DNA of 64,000 nt from Veleropilina oligotropha (lineage: Eukaryota), in the NCBI GenBank assembly GCA_048128005.1, contig JBEUKZ010000006.1, forward strand, positions 124,001 through 188,000, written 5' to 3'. Shown piece after piece: positions 60,565-64,000 of the stretch. How positions within the stretch are numbered: the first letter of the stretch is position 1; each line of letters opens with the position of its first letter. The position numbers were made by a program, and so were the translations under genes. Below the pieces are notes generated by a model. The model ran no database searches. It was not told the origin of the DNA and saw only the letters and a program-made list of their open reading frames with translations.

Positions 60565-63151
60565 TATTATGAGTGCTGCCAAGCAGCAATACAGACATAT
60601 TAGATAACATAGCAAATGTCAGTGAACTACGTTACCCACATGCATGCCATGGTGACATGTGTATGTCATCAAGGTCTGAAGTACAATTGCTAAGTTGACA
60701 CACCCATCCATCAAAATCTTAGTAATGAATGATGAACTTCTCGTGTTTACCATTAAAGAGACAATCTATAGATCCTTTAGGTTTAATATAATATATTAAT
60801 TTGCATTTTTCTAATGTAACAACAAAGTCACAGATTATGTGAACACCAAAAGATGATATGACATTTTTGTACTTAAATGTATCACATGCGGCTTTGCAGT
60901 TTTTGTTACCAAAAGTTATTAGTTTCAACAATATTTGTGAACTTGTCCCACCCCAGCCAGTTATGGATAACTGTGACTGGTGACTGAACTTAACTGAATC
61001 ATTTTAGTTTTACGACAAAAGTTTGACAATTTTTCAGTTGTGTCTGTAGTAGGAACCTCTGTTTAACTTCTACCATTGAAGGACGGTAACAGGTTTATAA
61101 GCCATCCCTTCTATTACTTTTAAGTGTTGGAATAAGCCACGCCGGGGCGGGAGACGAACCCACATCCTTCTAAATGTTTTTCTGATGCTCTTCCCGTTGA
61201 GTTATCGAGGACCGTTATTGTAAATAAACAAAAAATGACCAAACAAAAGTTCGAACACACTCTTGTTAGAAAGAGAAGTTAATGATTGAATTCAGCAGTT
61301 GCCAGAGCGACCACTATCCTTAAATACTGTAGATTAATAAACAATTTCACATCATGCCCCAGCACAATAATACAGAATGTGTAGAGAATCCATCCGCGAA
61401 AGTATCAACATAAAACATGCAGGAAACACTGCTTTGGCAAATGGTGACATAGTTCCTTTAAAATGATAAAGGAAAATACTATTCAGTATTGCGCATTTCT
61501 TATTCATAATTGATCACAACATACCGTATAATCGGTAATTATAGTATTGTGTTGCATATATAGATGCATGGCATGTCAGCAAGTGTATGTTGATAACTGC
61601 AGATATTGCACAAACACTCGAAAGAGCAACCAGTATGATTAGCAACCTACTTGACAATTGTATATTAAATTACACTTAGCGTTCAATGGAACAAGTCAAA
61701 TTATATTGACATCACCAGTGATTAATTCTACCGCTTAAAATAATAGATGGTATATCCCTAATGTATATCAATCAGATCAGAGCGAGCCCTTAAACCGGTT
61801 GACCCAACTGCATTAAGGCAGAAAAATTGCCAAAAGTGGTTGTAAAACAAAGTTGCCAACTGTACAAGATTTGCTCTGGTTTCGATTGATGCCTAATGTC
61901 TCATTTTTAACCACGTTCAGATTCATATCAGGACTTGTGCATACTATCCGATCGTGAGATCCAGGTCACTTGGGAAAACCCACCATAAGGCAGGACTTGT
62001 CCATCCTATCGTGAGATCCCGGTCACTTGGGAAAACCCACAGTAAGGCAGGATTTGTCCATATTATCGTGGGAGGAAATCTCTGTCACCCAGGAAACATG
62101 CCCTCTCCGGCATGAAGAATGTTAATTCTCCATCGGAGATTCAAATTCACTCATGTTACTTATTTAAAGTGCAAATGAGGCAGTCGGCACTCGGCACTTT
62201 GACCGGGTGGTCAAAAGATACATTCTCACTGTCGACACATAACAACAGTTGCTGTCATTGGTCATATGTGACAATACTAATAACAGGCGTCATTGTACAT
62301 CAAGTTACAAAGATTGAAATGTAATAATTCCATCAACGGACAGTGGCTTTGGTGAATAAGTGGTTAGCGCTTCTGGAACTCAACCGTGGCTGTTTAGTAA
62401 GGTGGGTCCAAGTTGGAGACCAGCGAATGGACCATTCTACCGCTCCATATAATAGACGACATCTTCCCTAGATACAAGACTTTGCTTGTGAATTTAATAT
62501 ACTTAACGTTATCCTGGGTTGGCGAGTTTAATACGTATGTTTATCCTGTGAACTTTGAAAATATCACACGCGACGAAGTAGAGTGTGATATTTTCATAGC
62601 GAACAGGATAAACGTACGTATCAAACGAGACGCCACAGGGTAACATTTTTATTTTCATTTTATTTAAAAAAAAACTTACTTTATATGCCTGTCAATGCTG
62701 AACAGTGACTACGCAAAAAATAACGTCATGTTAAATTGCGCCTTACGAGTTATTCTAAGTGCAAAATAACCTGGATATTTGAAAAGCTGAGGAATAGTTT
62801 AGTCATATACATTCAAAGAAATGTATATACATCTCAAAGAAATACTGGGAAACAATTGATTATCTCCCGCAGAAGCAAATGACGACTTGCATACTACGTG
62901 TAATTTGCCACGAAAACGTCGAGTTTGACATGAGTATTTGTCACACTCCACGTGACGTCATTTTAACCAATCAGACGTAGCGGATTCGAAATGAAAATAA
63001 GTAGCATTGCGACTACTGTCGGCCTTGAGAAATTCTATCATTTCATGTCAAAAATGATATTTAGACTTATTCTCCATGTTTGTTGTGAATTGGGAAGTGT
63101 CTAGTTTGACTCAATTTTTAAAAGCAACATATACTGAGAACAATATATTTA

Positions 63152-63675
63152 AGGGAACCCAATTTATTGAGAAAACGTGTACAGAATTGATTCTGTGTAA
63201 CTCATTTGTCTGTGTCAAGGCAATATCTGGCCCATGCTCCGTGAGCAACGATGCAAGCACGACATCTTCTGGGCATACTGGAGATCAACTGACATATTGT
63301 CTCCCTTGGAATCCTACGCCATTCTTCTTGCAAGGCCTGGCCACAATGCTGAAAAGTGGGGGAATGCTGATGTCTTTTGCAAAACCTGCTGTCCAAAACA
63401 TCCCAAAGATGTTCAATGGGAGACATGTCTGGTGATTTTGCTGGCCTGAGCAGTGCTGCGATGCCTTAGCTGCCTCAGAAAGTCGACCACAACACGAGAC
63501 CTGTGTGGACGAGAATTGTCACCCTGGAACTCAAAGTCCTACGTGTTGGGTGATGACCAATGGTCATAAAATTTGTCAACACAACATTGACCAGTCTTGT
63601 TACCGTGCACGATGGTCAAATCAGTCCCGCTTTCGTACGTGATGCCAGCCCAGACCATGATGCTGCCACCGGCAT
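63152..63675 (-). pseudogene. Tc1 transposase 3' relic
   Basis: Minus-strand GGSIMVWAGI (about 63641-63670) and PDMSPIEHLWDVL...LQEEWRRIP...LISSMPRRCRACI (63202..63426). Confidence 0.85.
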
Positions 63676-64000
63676 ACCTCCTAGATGCTACCGGATGGTA
63701 CCGCTACCGGATGGTACCGCTACCTACGCCACCGGCATACCTCCTAGTTGCTACCGGATGGTACCGCTGCCTATGCCACCAGCATACCTCCTAGATGCTA
63801 CCGGATGGTACCGCTGCCTACGCCACCGGCATACCTCCTCGACTGCTACCGGATGGTACCGCTACCTATGCCACCGGCATACCTCCTAGACTGCTACCGG
63901 ATGGTACCGCTACCTACGCCACCGGCATACCTCCTAGACGGCTACCGGATGGTACCGCTGCCTACGCCACCGGCATACCTCCTAGACTGCTACCGGATGG
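63665..64000. repeat. About 47-bp minisatellite running off the window end
   Basis: Unit gccaccggcatacctcctagatgctaccggatggtaccgct(a/g)ccta(c/t) at 63728, 63775, and onward. Confidence 0.93.

Overview
AT-rich, repeat-dense eukaryotic (animal, probably marine invertebrate) genomic DNA; nothing here looks prokaryotic. The only clear host coding sequence is one 2.65-kb minus-strand exon (1114-3767, ATG at 3747) encoding a low-complexity N-terminus. The window is dominated by three full-length DIRS1-type tyrosine-recombinase retrotransposons, all on the minus strand and from three diverged subfamilies (3832-11279 apparently intact; 17778-25108 and 52041-59223 disabled). Each has about 200-bp inverted terminal repeats (ITRs), an internal complementary region (ICR), and gag, RT-RNaseH-MT and YR ORFs. 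The rest is tRNA-derived SINEs, two LINE 3' fragments, Tc1/maT/hAT relics and MITEs, TGACC-rich Helentron-like repeats and several minisatellites. The most interesting observations came from hand-aligning the three DIRS copies. Their 3' non-coding region holds an about 310-nt block with compensatory base changes and G-U pairs that work only on the element sense strand, which points to an unannotated structured RNA. They also share further covarying hairpins, a fold-back 3' end and an AT crossover core. Three minisatellites appear to have been seeded inside transposons, including about 143 copies of a SINE Pol III A-box segment. All alignments were done by eye; no database searches were run.
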